This document shows, piece by piece, positions 1 to 10,403 of a DNA stretch of 55,407 nucleotides (its first letter is position 1; every line of letters starts with the position of its first letter). Made by a program: the position numbers and the translations under genes. Location: IMG/VR virus record IMGVR_UViG_3300049023_000185, positions 1 to 55,407 of that record; one strand, 5' to 3'. The stretch is from a virus. Its lineage: Duplodnaviria > Caudoviricetes. The notes under the pieces are model-generated. The model ran no database searches. It was not told where the DNA came from and saw nothing but the letters and a program-made list of their open reading frames with translations.

Positions 1-162
1 TTGATAGTGTTCAAGTTTTATCAGGCCAAATTCATCAGCAGAAGTATTCCAGTCGTCGTAAAGTTGATGTTTTGTCTGAACAATATTTAACGTGTAAGTT
101 TTTGGTCTTTTGCGAAGCCAGCCTAATTTGAAATAATCAAAGCCGCCATCAACACTCACATT
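1..162 (+). repeat. Terminal direct repeat, left copy (assembly overlap)
   Basis: Matches 55246..55407 at 160/162; mismatches at positions 31 and 36. Confidence 0.97.
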
Positions 163-333
163 ATTGCAGCTGCAAACTCTGTAATCATGCCGGGTCCGAC
201 TAAACACAATGTCACCACAAAGCGGGCACTCAGCCACATTCACCTTAATCTTGTTAAATCTCGGCTTATACTTTGGCTGAACATTGGGTTTGCCTTTAAC
301 AGTTTTTAATTTTTTTACGTAGTGTTCGCTCAT
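1..333 (-). CDS. Zn-ribbon-like protein spanning the junction (continues to stop at 55174)
   Basis: ATG at 333; reads ECPLCGDIVFSRTRHDYRVCSCNNVSVDGG and runs in frame into the 55174..55404 ORF. Confidence 0.8.
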   Translation of the reverse strand, partial: MSEHYVKKLKTVKGKPNVQPKYKPRFNKIKVNVAECPLCGDIVFSRTRHDYRVCSCNNVSVDGGFDYFKLGWLRKRPKTYTLNIVQTKHQLYDDWNTSADEFGLIKLEHYQ

Positions 334-784
334 TTTCTTTTTAACCTTTAATCAACGGTTTCGTAGGGCAACTTACCTTCAAAAACTATGTTGATGTTGA
401 TACCTTTTTTATTTAAAACGCGGTCAGTTGCGCGAGCATAACAAAGCACTAGAAATTCTGGTGCGTCCAGTTCACTAGGCATTACCGCGCTCATATACTC
501 TTTGTTCGCATAACCTTTAATTTCTCTAATGTCTGATGCTGTTAACTTTATTTCTGTTTGAGCTGGTCTGTTGTTCGCATCATTCGCACTAATCATTTTT
601 ACTCCGGTTTTGTTTATTATTCTCATATTTGCGTTCGCATTCTGCTCGCTTGTCGGCCAGGTAAACGCCATTTAACCCAACCAGGCAGTCTGCGTAAAAA
701 TCTAAGCACTCAATTTTTTCTTCTTTGGGCATTTGTATGCCGGGCGTATTCAGCTTGCACAAAACTGTTATTACTAACAAAACC

Positions 785-1177
785 TTATTCATTGTTTGCC
801 TCCATGAGTTTGCGCAATGTTGTAGTTGCATGTCTAAAATTGGCTTTAACCGTGTTTTCGTTTTCATTAGTTTCTATGGCGATTTGCTTTAAACTGCCGT
901 GCTTTAAAAACGCTTTTATGACGGCGAGCTGCTTATTTGGCAGATTATTGGCTTTTATTAAAACATTGAAAACCAACTCGTCCTCAGTCGGACGAAAATC
1001 CACACCGTGCTTTAAATCATTGTATCTTGCTCTAACCCGCGCTTTGGCCGCGATTCCGGCTTTGCGGCTGTTCAGAAATAATTCTCGTTTTGATGATAGT
1101 TGAGCGTCTGAGAAATTTCCGGCATAAGTAGCTAGAAAAAAATCTTGCTCAAAATCTTCTAAATCTTGAATGTTCAT
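785..1177 (-). CDS. Sigma-70 region 4-like HTH protein
   Basis: LPNKQLAVIKAFLKHGSLKQIAIETNENENTVKANFRHA; RBS AAGGGG before ATG 1177. Confidence 0.65.
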   Translation of the reverse strand: MNIQDLEDFEQDFFLATYAGNFSDAQLSSKRELFLNSRKAGIAAKARVRARYNDLKHGVDFRPTEDELVFNVLIKANNLPNKQLAVIKAFLKHGSLKQIAIETNENENTVKANFRHATTTLRKLMEANNE

Positions 1178-1515
1178 GACAAGCCCCTTTCGCGGGCCAG
1201 CTCCGATACCATCTGCTCGTCCATGCGCGCGCTTAAAACTGATTGAACGTCTACAAGAATTAATCCTGTTGGTAGGCCAGTACATATTTTCGGTGAGTAA
1301 AGATTTAAATGCTTGCGCACTTCTGTCGCTACTTTTGATTTGTCAATCAGCTTACCTTTAAAATGTTCCTTAAGTGATTTTCTGAATGCCGCTAATGTTG
1401 CCGTAGAAACATACGTATAGGAGTTGTAAGGTTCAGAAACATTAAACGCCCCAATCCGCTTAAAAAGACTAATAGGCAGCAAATATTCATCACTTAAAAT
1501 TCTAAAACATTTCAT
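1174..1515 (-). CDS. Hypothetical protein
   Basis: ATGA-coupled to neighbouring genes. Confidence 0.7.
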   Translation of the reverse strand: MKCFRILSDEYLLPISLFKRIGAFNVSEPYNSYTYVSTATLAAFRKSLKEHFKGKLIDKSKVATEVRKHLNLYSPKICTGLPTGLILVDVQSVLSARMDEQMVSELARERGLS

Positions 1516-1823
1516 AAACTTTCTCCATAAACCACGATTGCTTCACGATACTTTTTTACGATATATTCAGAGCGTGATTTAACGCCGGTTTCGCGGAAGA
1601 TGCGCGACAAATGGCCTTTTACGGTTGCCTCAGTGATTCCAAGGTTTTTAGCGATTTCACCATTTGAAAAACCGTTTAGAATTAATTCTGCGATTTTACT
1701 TTGTTTCTTGGTCATAAAAACATTGTTGAATTTTATCGCAATGTTTTGAGTAATGTTGGTCTTTAGCGTATCAAACTGTGAATTCCGTTTTCCTGCTGGT
1801 AAATTAAAAGCGTCCGTGCTCAA
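1512..1823 (-). CDS. LuxR-type HTH regulator
   Basis: MTKKQSKIAELILNGFSNGEIAKNLGITEATVKGHLSRIFRETGVKSR. Confidence 0.9.
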   Translation of the reverse strand: MSTDAFNLPAGKRNSQFDTLKTNITQNIAIKFNNVFMTKKQSKIAELILNGFSNGEIAKNLGITEATVKGHLSRIFRETGVKSRSEYIVKKYREAIVVYGESL

Positions 1824-1839
1824 ATCTTCCTCCGTAATG

Positions 1840-2127
1840 TTATATTTTTACTGTGTTAAATGTTGTTCCGTATCTTTCTAGCATTGCGCTGTTTAAAACT
1901 TTGTATGCGCCTAACTTGTGAAACCAATATTCGATGTTTTTTGCCCCGATAATTTCTTTGTAATCATCATTTTCAAGGATAAAAAACTCTATTTCGCGGA
2001 TTACGGCGACATCGCCTGACAAGTATCCTTCGCAATTAAACTGAAATGTTTCAGCTTCACTGATTAAATATTTAAAGTTAAAGGATATAAGCCTGTTATC
2101 ATCGTAAAAGTATGTTTTGGCGAACAT
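1840..2127 (-). CDS. Hypothetical protein
   Basis: Coupled ORF in the operon. Confidence 0.65.
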   Translation of the reverse strand: MFAKTYFYDDNRLISFNFKYLISEAETFQFNCEGYLSGDVAVIREIEFFILENDDYKEIIGAKNIEYWFHKLGAYKVLNSAMLERYGTTFNTVKI

Positions 2128-2810
2128 TAGCGATGTCCGTTTACAATTTGTCCCGCTGAATTTATTGTGAAGGAACAGCGTGGCGTCTTATCTGTAGTTT
2201 GATAATTTCCGGGTACTAACAATGTTAAGAACCGTGCTCCACCATCTTCAAAGTATGCAAGCAACTTTCCGCTTTTGGTGCGGACAATAGTTTCATCGTA
2301 GATGCCGTTTCGGTCGCCACACGGCAAGATATATTCTACAATGGTGTCTTGAGCTTCTAACTCAATCATGTCGCCGAGCATGTCATTTATTTGAGCTTGT
2401 TGCGTTTCTACGTTTGCAAGCAGACTGTCAATTTCTGACTTTAGGTCGGCAGTAACTGAGTCTACAAAGTTTTGATTATTTGTAACGCTCATTTGAATGG
2501 TCATCATTAGTGAATATAATTCTAGAGCGCGGGTAGTGCTGTCATTCGCTTGAGTTATCAGCAACGAACTCATAGTCTGCAATGTCAATAATTCAGCTTG
2601 AATTGTTTGAATGTTTTTTTCGGCATCGGCCAGGCGATTGCTTTCGCTCCAACTATCTTCGCCGAATAGGTTGTCACATATTTGAGTGCCTAGTGTACAG
2701 TGATTGCGTGCGGTCGCTATATACCCACAACCAACATTACTGAGAAATGTCAGCAGCAGCAATCCTATCAAAATGGTATAAAGAATTCTTATATGTTGAG
2801 ACTCGTTCAT
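2127..2810 (-). CDS. Putative lipoprotein with coiled coil and C-terminal beta domain
   Basis: Hydrophobic N-terminus followed by NVGC; heptad-rich middle; RBS GGAGGG; upstream TTTACA-N17-TACAGT promoter. Confidence 0.7.
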   Translation of the reverse strand: MNESQHIRILYTILIGLLLLTFLSNVGCGYIATARNHCTLGTQICDNLFGEDSWSESNRLADAEKNIQTIQAELLTLQTMSSLLITQANDSTTRALELYSLMMTIQMSVTNNQNFVDSVTADLKSEIDSLLANVETQQAQINDMLGDMIELEAQDTIVEYILPCGDRNGIYDETIVRTKSGKLLAYFEDGGARFLTLLVPGNYQTTDKTPRCSFTINSAGQIVNGHR

Positions 2811-3212
2811 AAATAGCCCTCCCTGGCCCCCATAGTTCAAAACGCATAAAATCCTTTTAAGCGTCTAAATGTGATGCATTGTGTTATATTAATACTGTAT
2901 CAGGACTTTTGGACAGTGTAAATAGTGATTTGTAATTTTTATGGCATAAATATTATTGTGTTGACACTATACTTTAGAGACAAATTTATACTATTTTTTA
3001 GCCCCAGAAATTAAACTTTCAATCAGCACATCTTTGGCTTTTACAATTTCAGCAAACGCCGCCAACTGCTTTTGCAAGATTTCAATTTGCTGCTTAAATG
3101 ATTTGCACTCGTTAACTACTTGTTCGTATTGTGCGTAAGGAACTGGACTGTTGTTCATGACTTCTCCCGAAGTTAATGTTTTTTGATGGCTATTAATTTA
3201 ATGACTATTACT

Positions 3213-3503
3213 TTAATCTCTAACAAACGCTTCTCGCCATTTCGGCTTAAAAAGCCCCAAAGCTATCTCTATAAAATAAACTTCAATTGGGTCGATTGCT
3301 TTTCCAAATAGGGCAGATTCTAGGCTTTGATAGCTATTAACCCCAAGCTTTGCCTTTAGTTCTAGCGTTGAAAGCGGGCAGGCGACCATAGCGCCCATCA
3401 GGTCGTCGTAGTCACAGTAATATAGTCTACCTTCTTTTTTCCAGAACTTTGCGGCTGGCACGTGCTCTTTATATGTCGTCTGATGGCCCATAATTTCTCC
3501 CAT
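3213..3503 (-). CDS. Hypothetical protein
   Basis: ORF with GGAG RBS. Confidence 0.6.
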   Translation of the reverse strand: MGEIMGHQTTYKEHVPAAKFWKKEGRLYYCDYDDLMGAMVACPLSTLELKAKLGVNSYQSLESALFGKAIDPIEVYFIEIALGLFKPKWREAFVRD

Positions 3504-3719
3504 CGAATATGCTAGCAGGTTTTAAAGGCCTGCGGCTGATAAAAATTAATAAAAATAAATCAAGGAATTATTTGCTGACACGATTAATTATCCTTTTCCC
3601 TGTTTGGTCTTAATCTTAAAATAAGCTCTACATAGGCCATCAACAGTCATACATATAATTATAGTCACTGATATTATTGTAAAAGCATCATATCCGTTCA
3701 TTTTATCTCCAGCCTGCGG

Positions 3720-3923
3720 CTATATCTTAAATTTAATTCCGTACTGCTGATAAATCACCATACGCTCTCTCAGGTCACCAAACCTTGCAATGAAGAGAAT
3801 GCTAAGCACAAACAGGCCGAAGCTAATCGGAGTCGGCAAAAGAACTAGTAGCCAGGACCAATCAATGTGTCCGGTAAGTTTCAGTGTGATAAAAATTAAT
3901 GTTAAAATATTTAGGTATCTCAT
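3720..3923 (-). CDS. Small membrane protein
   Basis: LTLIFITLKLTGHIDWSWLLVLLP, a common phage membrane motif. Confidence 0.8.
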   Translation of the reverse strand: MRYLNILTLIFITLKLTGHIDWSWLLVLLPTPISFGLFVLSILFIARFGDLRERMVIYQQYGIKFKI

Positions 3924-4037
3924 AGTTGCTCCAATTCGTGGTTAAGGTTTTAAGATTAATTCCAAGGCGGCTGCACATGATAAATTAGCGCACATACTGC
4001 TATAAAAAACGCACCCGCAATTAACGAACATAAAAAA

Positions 4038-4580
4038 TCAATTGGCATTTTTAATCCTTTCTCTAATTTTTCTAAGCGGTGCTCCCCAGTTATAAATTTC
4101 TTCAACTCCGCTATTTTCAATTATATCAACTATATCTTTTTTCATGTCGTTAAATTCATTCTTTAATCTTTTGTAAGCATCCATTCTAATAAACATTGTG
4201 TCCGACGTTTGACCCTTCAACTCTATAACTTCCGCGCTCAGGCTTGCGATTTTTGATTCAACTTCTGGCCATTTCAGCGTATCGTTTTTAAGTTTCCAAG
4301 CAGCGTTTTCAGCTTCAAGCTCCGCGCATTTTTCGGACAAAGCTTGGTAATCCGAATACAGCACATAATCGCCATCAGATTGTTCCGCAATATGGCAGTC
4401 GTACTCGCCAACTAAGTCATAGCGTTCTAAGTCCGGCACGGCCTTCGTTTTTGTGTTTAGAGCATTTATTGCTTCGTCACTTCCGATTTTACCAGATAGA
4501 TTACCAGTAATTTCTCTTGGTATGCTTTTATCCATTAGCGCGCCTATCATTCCGTTTGTGTTCGGTTTTGATTCACTCAT
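4038..4580 (-). CDS. Coiled-coil hypothetical protein
   Basis: DGDYVLYSDYQAL motif followed by heptads. Confidence 0.75.
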   Translation of the reverse strand: MSESKPNTNGMIGALMDKSIPREITGNLSGKIGSDEAINALNTKTKAVPDLERYDLVGEYDCHIAEQSDGDYVLYSDYQALSEKCAELEAENAAWKLKNDTLKWPEVESKIASLSAEVIELKGQTSDTMFIRMDAYKRLKNEFNDMKKDIVDIIENSGVEEIYNWGAPLRKIRERIKNAN

Positions 4581-6042
4581 GATTTATCCTTTTTCAAAAC
4601 TTCTTCTGCCAGTCTCCATTTTAAATCTCTTAAAACACTGCCTTCGGCGTCAGAACCGTCGACTAATTTAATTTCGTATTTATGAATGATTTTGATATAC
4701 ACGGCATGTAAGGCATCTAAAGCATTGCTTAAGTCTTTAATATCCTTTTTTAGTTCGTTAACTTTGCTCATTTTAAAATCTCCCAGTTAATCATGGTTTA
4801 CTCGCTTTCACGCATGAAATGGCATCTTGATAGTAGGTATAGCAAACCACTTTTTCTTCCTTGTCATAGAATCTATAGACACCGTAAACATCTCCAAAAT
4901 ACTCAGTTCTGCGTTCTGTTTTTTCTTTACTGGATAGGCTGCTTTTGTTACACCCAATTAATAAGAAGGTAAGAGCAAGTATAAATCTCATTTTAAAATC
5001 TCCCGGATTTTCGATATGGTTTTGCATGACTGGCAATCGGCTAAAGTTCCATCGTCACAAATGCATGTCAGTTTTAATGCCTGTACACCTACGGCCAGCG
5101 CTTTTGATAATTTTGCAACATTTGGAGCAACGGATACCATAAATCCCATACCGCGTAGTTTCTCAATCTCGGCCAACTTTGCCTGAATAAATTCGATGTC
5201 AGGGTTACTCATTTTAATTCCTCCCAGGCAGCGCTAGCCATATATTGCTCTAGTGTTTGCTCTTCTGGTTTAAAAACATAGCTGCCGACAACTTTATTTC
5301 TGCCTTCAGATTTTGTTTCAAAGATGACGCTTTCAGGACAACATCCACACGGATTTTGCTCGGTAATTCGAACAGCGAAAAAGTCTACATTCGGTCGATA
5401 CCAGAATCTAATTTCCCTTTTGCTTTGCATGTTAAACCTCGCCATTTTTAGCCGACCAAGTTGCTACAAGTTCAACGCCACAATGTTTACAGTTAATTCC
5501 AACCACTTCTTGCTTCCACATGCCCTTATCTGTAACAGCTACTTTAAACTTGGCTTCATGCACGCAATCCTCTTTAACAATTTCCTCGATGAATGCCAGC
5601 CGGGCAACTTTATGGTTTAAAACATTAGCTTTATCAGCCGCAGACTCGCCGAAATTTCTATGAACACCTTCCCAGCGTCCATAAACCACGGGCCATGATT
5701 CAATGATTTTTGCGAGTTTTTCGTTTACAACATTCAAATCCGCAAAGTAGGTCTCGTGTTTTCCATATTTTAAAACGATAATTCTATCATTTATTTCAAA
5801 ATCCTCAGCCGTAAAAATTGGTTTGATGTCAGGTTTGTTGCTCATGGTTTCGGCTCCTCTAGAATTGCTATGAGCCTGTCACAAATTCTTATTTTATCAT
5901 CGTTTTCAAGAATTTCTTTATCCGTTAATGAATATCTTGCTCCAATGTTTTGGCACTCGTGCTTTAGGCATTTTAACGCTTCAACAATCACTGTTGCCTC
6001 ATCATTTAAAACTTCTAAAAAGCCATGTTGTCTCATAATCAC
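4577..6042 (-). other. Cluster of small coupled early ORFs (4577-4771, 4791-4991, 4988-5212, 5209-5445, 5432-5845, 5842-6042)
   Basis: ATGA overlaps and GGAG-type RBSs; 4791 product has a lipobox-like LIGC. Confidence 0.75.
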
Positions 6043-6986
6043 CCCTCACCCTTTCCAGCCGAGTGTTTTTGAAGGACGTCTCTCGCTGTTTCACCTTGGT
6101 CCATATCACCATTCATGGCATTAAATGCTTCAACAAAATCTCCATCCTGTTCATCAAATACGCCACCATTAGAAATAAAATCAGACCACTTTTCTTTGTC
6201 AGCATAAAACTCCAGCGCAGTTCTAAAATCAGCATTCTCAAGGGCTAGGGCTTCTTTCTCAGCATGAGCCCTGTTGTAAGCATTCTTAGCTAACTCGCCT
6301 GTAAACTCGCTGGATTTTAATTCTTGTTTCAGCTTCAAATTCTCAGCAACCAAGGCGGCGTTTTCAGATTTATAATCTTCAAGTTTATTGTGATATTTCT
6401 TTATCAGCTGCCTTTTACTAGAAATTGTATTTTCATAGTACTCTCGGGCTTTTTTAATTGCTTCGTTTTCAGCCTCTAACCCGGTGATTTTTTCCATATT
6501 ATCAAAATTCTTTTCGACCAGTTCGTATTTTTCACTTGCGATTTTTACAAATTTTAAATGTAAGTCATTGTAGTCGTTTATTGAGCTGTACTTAAGATTT
6601 CTTAAATCATTAATTAACTCATTATCCAAAGTAGTCAGACATTCAAGTCTAGAGTTGTCCAAGTTTAGCTTTCTTAGTTCTTCTTTCAACCTCTCGCATT
6701 CAGCTTTGAGGGCTGAGTAGGCTTTTTGCGTTTCTAGCAATTCCTGGTAATGTTTTGCATCGACTCCACATATGCCAGTATTTGCACTAGCTGATGCAGA
6801 ATAGTCGTAATTGCTATCGTATAAGGATAATTTTTCCACGGCTTCGGGTAGCGCGACGTTGTCGCTTGCTTTAACCCCATCATTCATAAATTTCATTGCG
6901 TCCTCTCGTTCTTTTTGCCATGATTCTTCTCCGCTCATAAATCCCTCCAATGATGAGCCTGTGTGCGGGTTTTTTGATTGGCTCAT
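6039..6986 (-). CDS. Long coiled-coil protein
   Basis: Heptad repeats and C-terminal ALEFYAD motif. Confidence 0.8.
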   Translation of the reverse strand: MSQSKNPHTGSSLEGFMSGEESWQKEREDAMKFMNDGVKASDNVALPEAVEKLSLYDSNYDYSASASANTGICGVDAKHYQELLETQKAYSALKAECERLKEELRKLNLDNSRLECLTTLDNELINDLRNLKYSSINDYNDLHLKFVKIASEKYELVEKNFDNMEKITGLEAENEAIKKAREYYENTISSKRQLIKKYHNKLEDYKSENAALVAENLKLKQELKSSEFTGELAKNAYNRAHAEKEALALENADFRTALEFYADKEKWSDFISNGGVFDEQDGDFVEAFNAMNGDMDQGETARDVLQKHSAGKGEG

Positions 6987-7336
6987 GGTTTAACATCCTC
7001 TTCAGTTACTCCGGAGTTTGCGGGCACTTCAATTTTCACCGGGGTTTTGAATTCCGCTAGCGCCTCCATAGCAATTTCAACTGAAGTGCAACTTGCGCAT
7101 CTCATGTATTTTTTATTAAAAGTCTGTGCTTTGCCGTCTAATGTTTTAATGCTTTCTAAAGCCGCTACCAACTTGCCCACAACTTCACTCACATCATTCA
7201 GCGCGGTGGTGTATCCTGCTTTAAAGTCTTCTTCCATAGTTTTATTATTCTTAAGGAATATTTTCTCAGCCTGCTCATTCATTCTTGCTTCAAACATTTC
7301 GTGTAGGCTTACGCCCTTATTGTTAATCTTGCTCAT
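6983..7336 (-). CDS. Hypothetical protein
   Basis: RBS AGGAG; coupled ORF. Confidence 0.75.
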   Translation of the reverse strand: MSKINNKGVSLHEMFEARMNEQAEKIFLKNNKTMEEDFKAGYTTALNDVSEVVGKLVAALESIKTLDGKAQTFNKKYMRCASCTSVEIAMEALAEFKTPVKIEVPANSGVTEEDVKP

Positions 7337-7491
7337 AACTATTCTCCTAAAAACATAATAATTAACAAGCAGCCGACTACATAAGTGACAAATAAAATAT
7401 CCGCTACTAAGTTAACTTTTTTCCAATTAATTTTGCTCAATTTGTAACTCCTTACTTGCTCGTATAAATCATTGAAAACCGGGGAACATGT

Positions 7492-7959
7492 TTAAAACTT
7501 ACCTTGCAATAACTCACACCACGAACTGTGAAAGCTGATATCGCAGTCAGTGCCGTAAGTCTTGTGTGTGCCGCAGTCGCATTTTGCGCTTACCATGCCC
7601 GCAGCTGTTTTTGTAACCTCATCAGCAAAATCGAATAGTGAGAACTGGTGACTAGCAGGCCACGGGTCTGGATGCTGTGTAAAAGGCAAAGTAATACGAG
7701 CACCTGAAGCGCCTCCAACTCCAATTCCAGAAGTGGTAGTTGTTATTGGTGCAGGTGTAGCTTGTGAAGCCTGCGAACCGGAGGTAGCCTGCGTGGAAAC
7801 CGGGGAAAAATATTGTAAAAGAGTTTCAATAGGTACAAAAGATGTAAAGCCAGAATTGTATTTTATTTTAACGCTGTCGTGTAAGGAGTTAATCTCTACA
7901 ATTATAACTTCCTGGCCGTGTGTGTTGTGTTGAAACTTATCACCAATTTTAATGCTCAT
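7492..7959 (-). CDS. Hypothetical protein with C-terminal Cys/His motif
   Basis: KCDCG...HSSWC; Thr/Ser-rich linker. Confidence 0.75.
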   Translation of the reverse strand: MSIKIGDKFQHNTHGQEVIIVEINSLHDSVKIKYNSGFTSFVPIETLLQYFSPVSTQATSGSQASQATPAPITTTTSGIGVGGASGARITLPFTQHPDPWPASHQFSLFDFADEVTKTAAGMVSAKCDCGTHKTYGTDCDISFHSSWCELLQGKF

Positions 7960-8451
7960 TACTTACTCCCATAAATGTTTAAAACATGCTTACCAAGGTA
8001 AACCGCCATAAACCTATGTTTCCAGAAAATGCCGATACCGAGTTTGAAAGTTGTACGTTCGAGCTTGCTAAGTTTGATGTTCATACTTACATCCAACCTA
8101 AAAGCGTTAACTGCTTTTCTAAAACATAAAAACAGAACAAGGGCAGGGGACCCAGGAGTATAAACGCCAGTAAGTAAGCTAAACCATCCACCAGGGCATC
8201 AGGCACATTAAATTTTTTGCTTTCAAGGTCACATGCTTTGCAATTGCAGTTAGTCATTAGAATTCTCCTAAATAAATTGCGGGTTTATTGCTTGTAGTCA
8301 GGTCGTAGAAGCGCATGGCTTCGAGTGCTTGCTTACCATTCTTAAACGAGCCATCATTCCAACAACCTTTGCCGTGCTTAAAGCAAGTAAGCCTTGCTGC
8401 TTCATCAAAAGTTCCAGGGATAAAAGGCGGACCATCATCTTCTACAACATA

Positions 8452-9734
8452 TCAACAAGCACCTATTGCTCCGGAAACTTCGGTATTACCATTCGGGTAA
8501 ATAATGCGAAGTCGACCATAACACTCATCTAAGTAGTAAGCCCTAGGCCGGGTGAATGCCTTCGGCTCGCTCAACTTCGTTCGCTGTGTTTTTGGCTTCT
8601 TATTCTGTTTTTGCTTTTTAGCTTTCACACTCATATCTTCAACCCTCCATTGCTTAATTAATTTTGCAGCTTGCTTCTGCTTTTTGTAGGTGCGGGAGTT
8701 CATGATTACGGCTCCTTATTAATGATTTCAGCGGCAATAGCGATGCTTGCAGCAAATATTGCGAAGTTAATTAATCCGAACGTGATTGCGGCTGGTGCAA
8801 CATTTTTTACAAGCCCTAAAAACCCGATACCCACGTAAGCCGAAACGGCTACTAACCCTAAATATATTTTTGCTATTATTACTTTCATATTTAAACCTCT
8901 CCAATGTAAGTAATCTGGCCAGTAACAATCATTTTTACCATGTAGTCGTTAGAAATTTTTCGAGTTACAAATTCCGCGGCGGCAAAAAATTCTGGGTGTG
9001 TTATGAAAGTCAAACAGTCTCTGACTTCATCAACTACAAATGTTTGTCCGTTTAGCTCATTTAGGTATAGTCCAACTACTGGTTTTAAATCTAAATTAAT
9101 TATTTCTCGGGCTTTCATTATTGGCCGCCATTCGCATTAATCAGTGCAAGTATATCCGTAATAAACTTAGTCGTTTTAGCATTTACACATGATTCAATGG
9201 CTGCGGCTCGAAGCTCTTCTGGTATGTTTCTGTCCGCGACCTCTTCCGTGCACTCGTCATAAAATGATGCTTTCATTTCTAGGCTTACAACTATTTCGTG
9301 GCGGACAGTTACTGTGCCGGTTACAGGTGCGACATTAACATTGCTGTTAATTTCGCTAGGCACTTCAAATTTATTGTTAAACCCGCAAGACGAAAGAAAA
9401 AACATTGAGGAAAAAAGTAAAGTCCTCCCGGACCGGGACAAAATTACTTCCATTTTAAATCTCGTAGTTGTGAAATTTGGCCAGTGATTCGCTGTTCAAT
9501 TTTTACAGCGTCGCTAACATTTGGTAAAAACTCGCGCATCTTATTAAACATCAATTTTTGAATTGGCGTGGGCACAAGCGTGCTCGCAAACTTCTTACCT
9601 AATTTGAATGTTTCAAGAGTGTCTAGATTGCCGTTTTTGACGTAATAAACTGTAGTGTATTGGCCGCAATGTAAGGTGATTGTGCCGCCGTTTTGACGTG
9701 AATTAGCCGAAGAAGTGCCCATAAAATCCTCCAT
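8452..9734 (-). other. Small early ORFs (8452-8703, 8706-8888, 8891-9118, 9118-9453 putative lipoprotein, 9444-9722)
   Basis: Contiguous minus-strand ORFs with RBSs; FLSSC lipobox in the 9118 product. Confidence 0.7.
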
Positions 9735-9949
9735 GATTTTGGATAGTTAGGGGCATCTTGCCTCGTAATGCGTCGTATCAAATTCAGAATGCCAGAATCG
9801 CCACATCATTGCAAGATTAAATTTTTTTCGAACTAGAAACGTATCAATTTGAGATTTTTTTGGAGGGGAATAGGCGAGTAGGGCGGCGGCGCCCAGAATA
9901 TACTGTAATATCAAGTACTTGCGAGCGCCGCCGCTTAAAAATCTAAAAA

Positions 9950-10348
9950 CTAAGCTAAAACGTCCCACATATGAAATGAGTTCCCTTTAGATGCGCCCGT
10001 TTTGATTTTTTCTTTACCATTATAGATGATTCGAACTGGTGTGCCGATATCAACATTTGATAACAAACGTTTTAATCCTGCAAACGCGCTGATTCTAATT
10101 GTAGAGCCATCAGCTCCTAAAATTTCAACTTCAGTGTTGTCTTTGCCATCACGGTCTTTTTCAGTGATTAAACCATTGTAAAGTCCATCAACTTTGTCGC
10201 CTTTTAAAATCGACATGTAGTAGCCAGCTTTACGCTGTTTTTCGGTTAATTCTTTGCCAACAACAGTAAATGTTTTTAGCTTTTTTGTGCCAGAGTTTAA
10301 TGACTTCATGTTATCGAAGTTTACTCCTGCTAATTGTGTTTCGCTCAT
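9950..10348 (-). CDS. Probable ssDNA-binding (OB-fold) protein
   Basis: Beta-rich, GTPVRIIYNGKEKIK...SFHMWDV; lies near the exonuclease; inferred from pattern and context. Confidence 0.5.
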   Translation of the reverse strand: MSETQLAGVNFDNMKSLNSGTKKLKTFTVVGKELTEKQRKAGYYMSILKGDKVDGLYNGLITEKDRDGKDNTEVEILGADGSTIRISAFAGLKRLLSNVDIGTPVRIIYNGKEKIKTGASKGNSFHMWDVLA

Positions 10349-10403
10349 GTGTATCTCGCTTTCAGCCTCACGGCTTTATTACCAGCACGAAATTGTGCTG
10401 TTT

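Noticed and set aside
1-162. DGR-like A-to-N differences between the terminal copies
   Set aside because: Only two mismatches, no reverse transcriptase in the genome, and the repeat is the assembly overlap
558-1103. 181-aa plus-strand ORF and similar antisense ORFs (6978, 17939, 20882, 32286, 40489, 41445 and others)
   Set aside because: Shadows of well-supported genes on the opposite strand, with no RBS or motifs
9747-9968. 73-aa ORF downstream of the SSB-like gene
   Set aside because: Overlaps its neighbour, has no clear RBS, and the region contains GC-rich GGCGGCGC inverted elements more suggestive of a regulatory sequence
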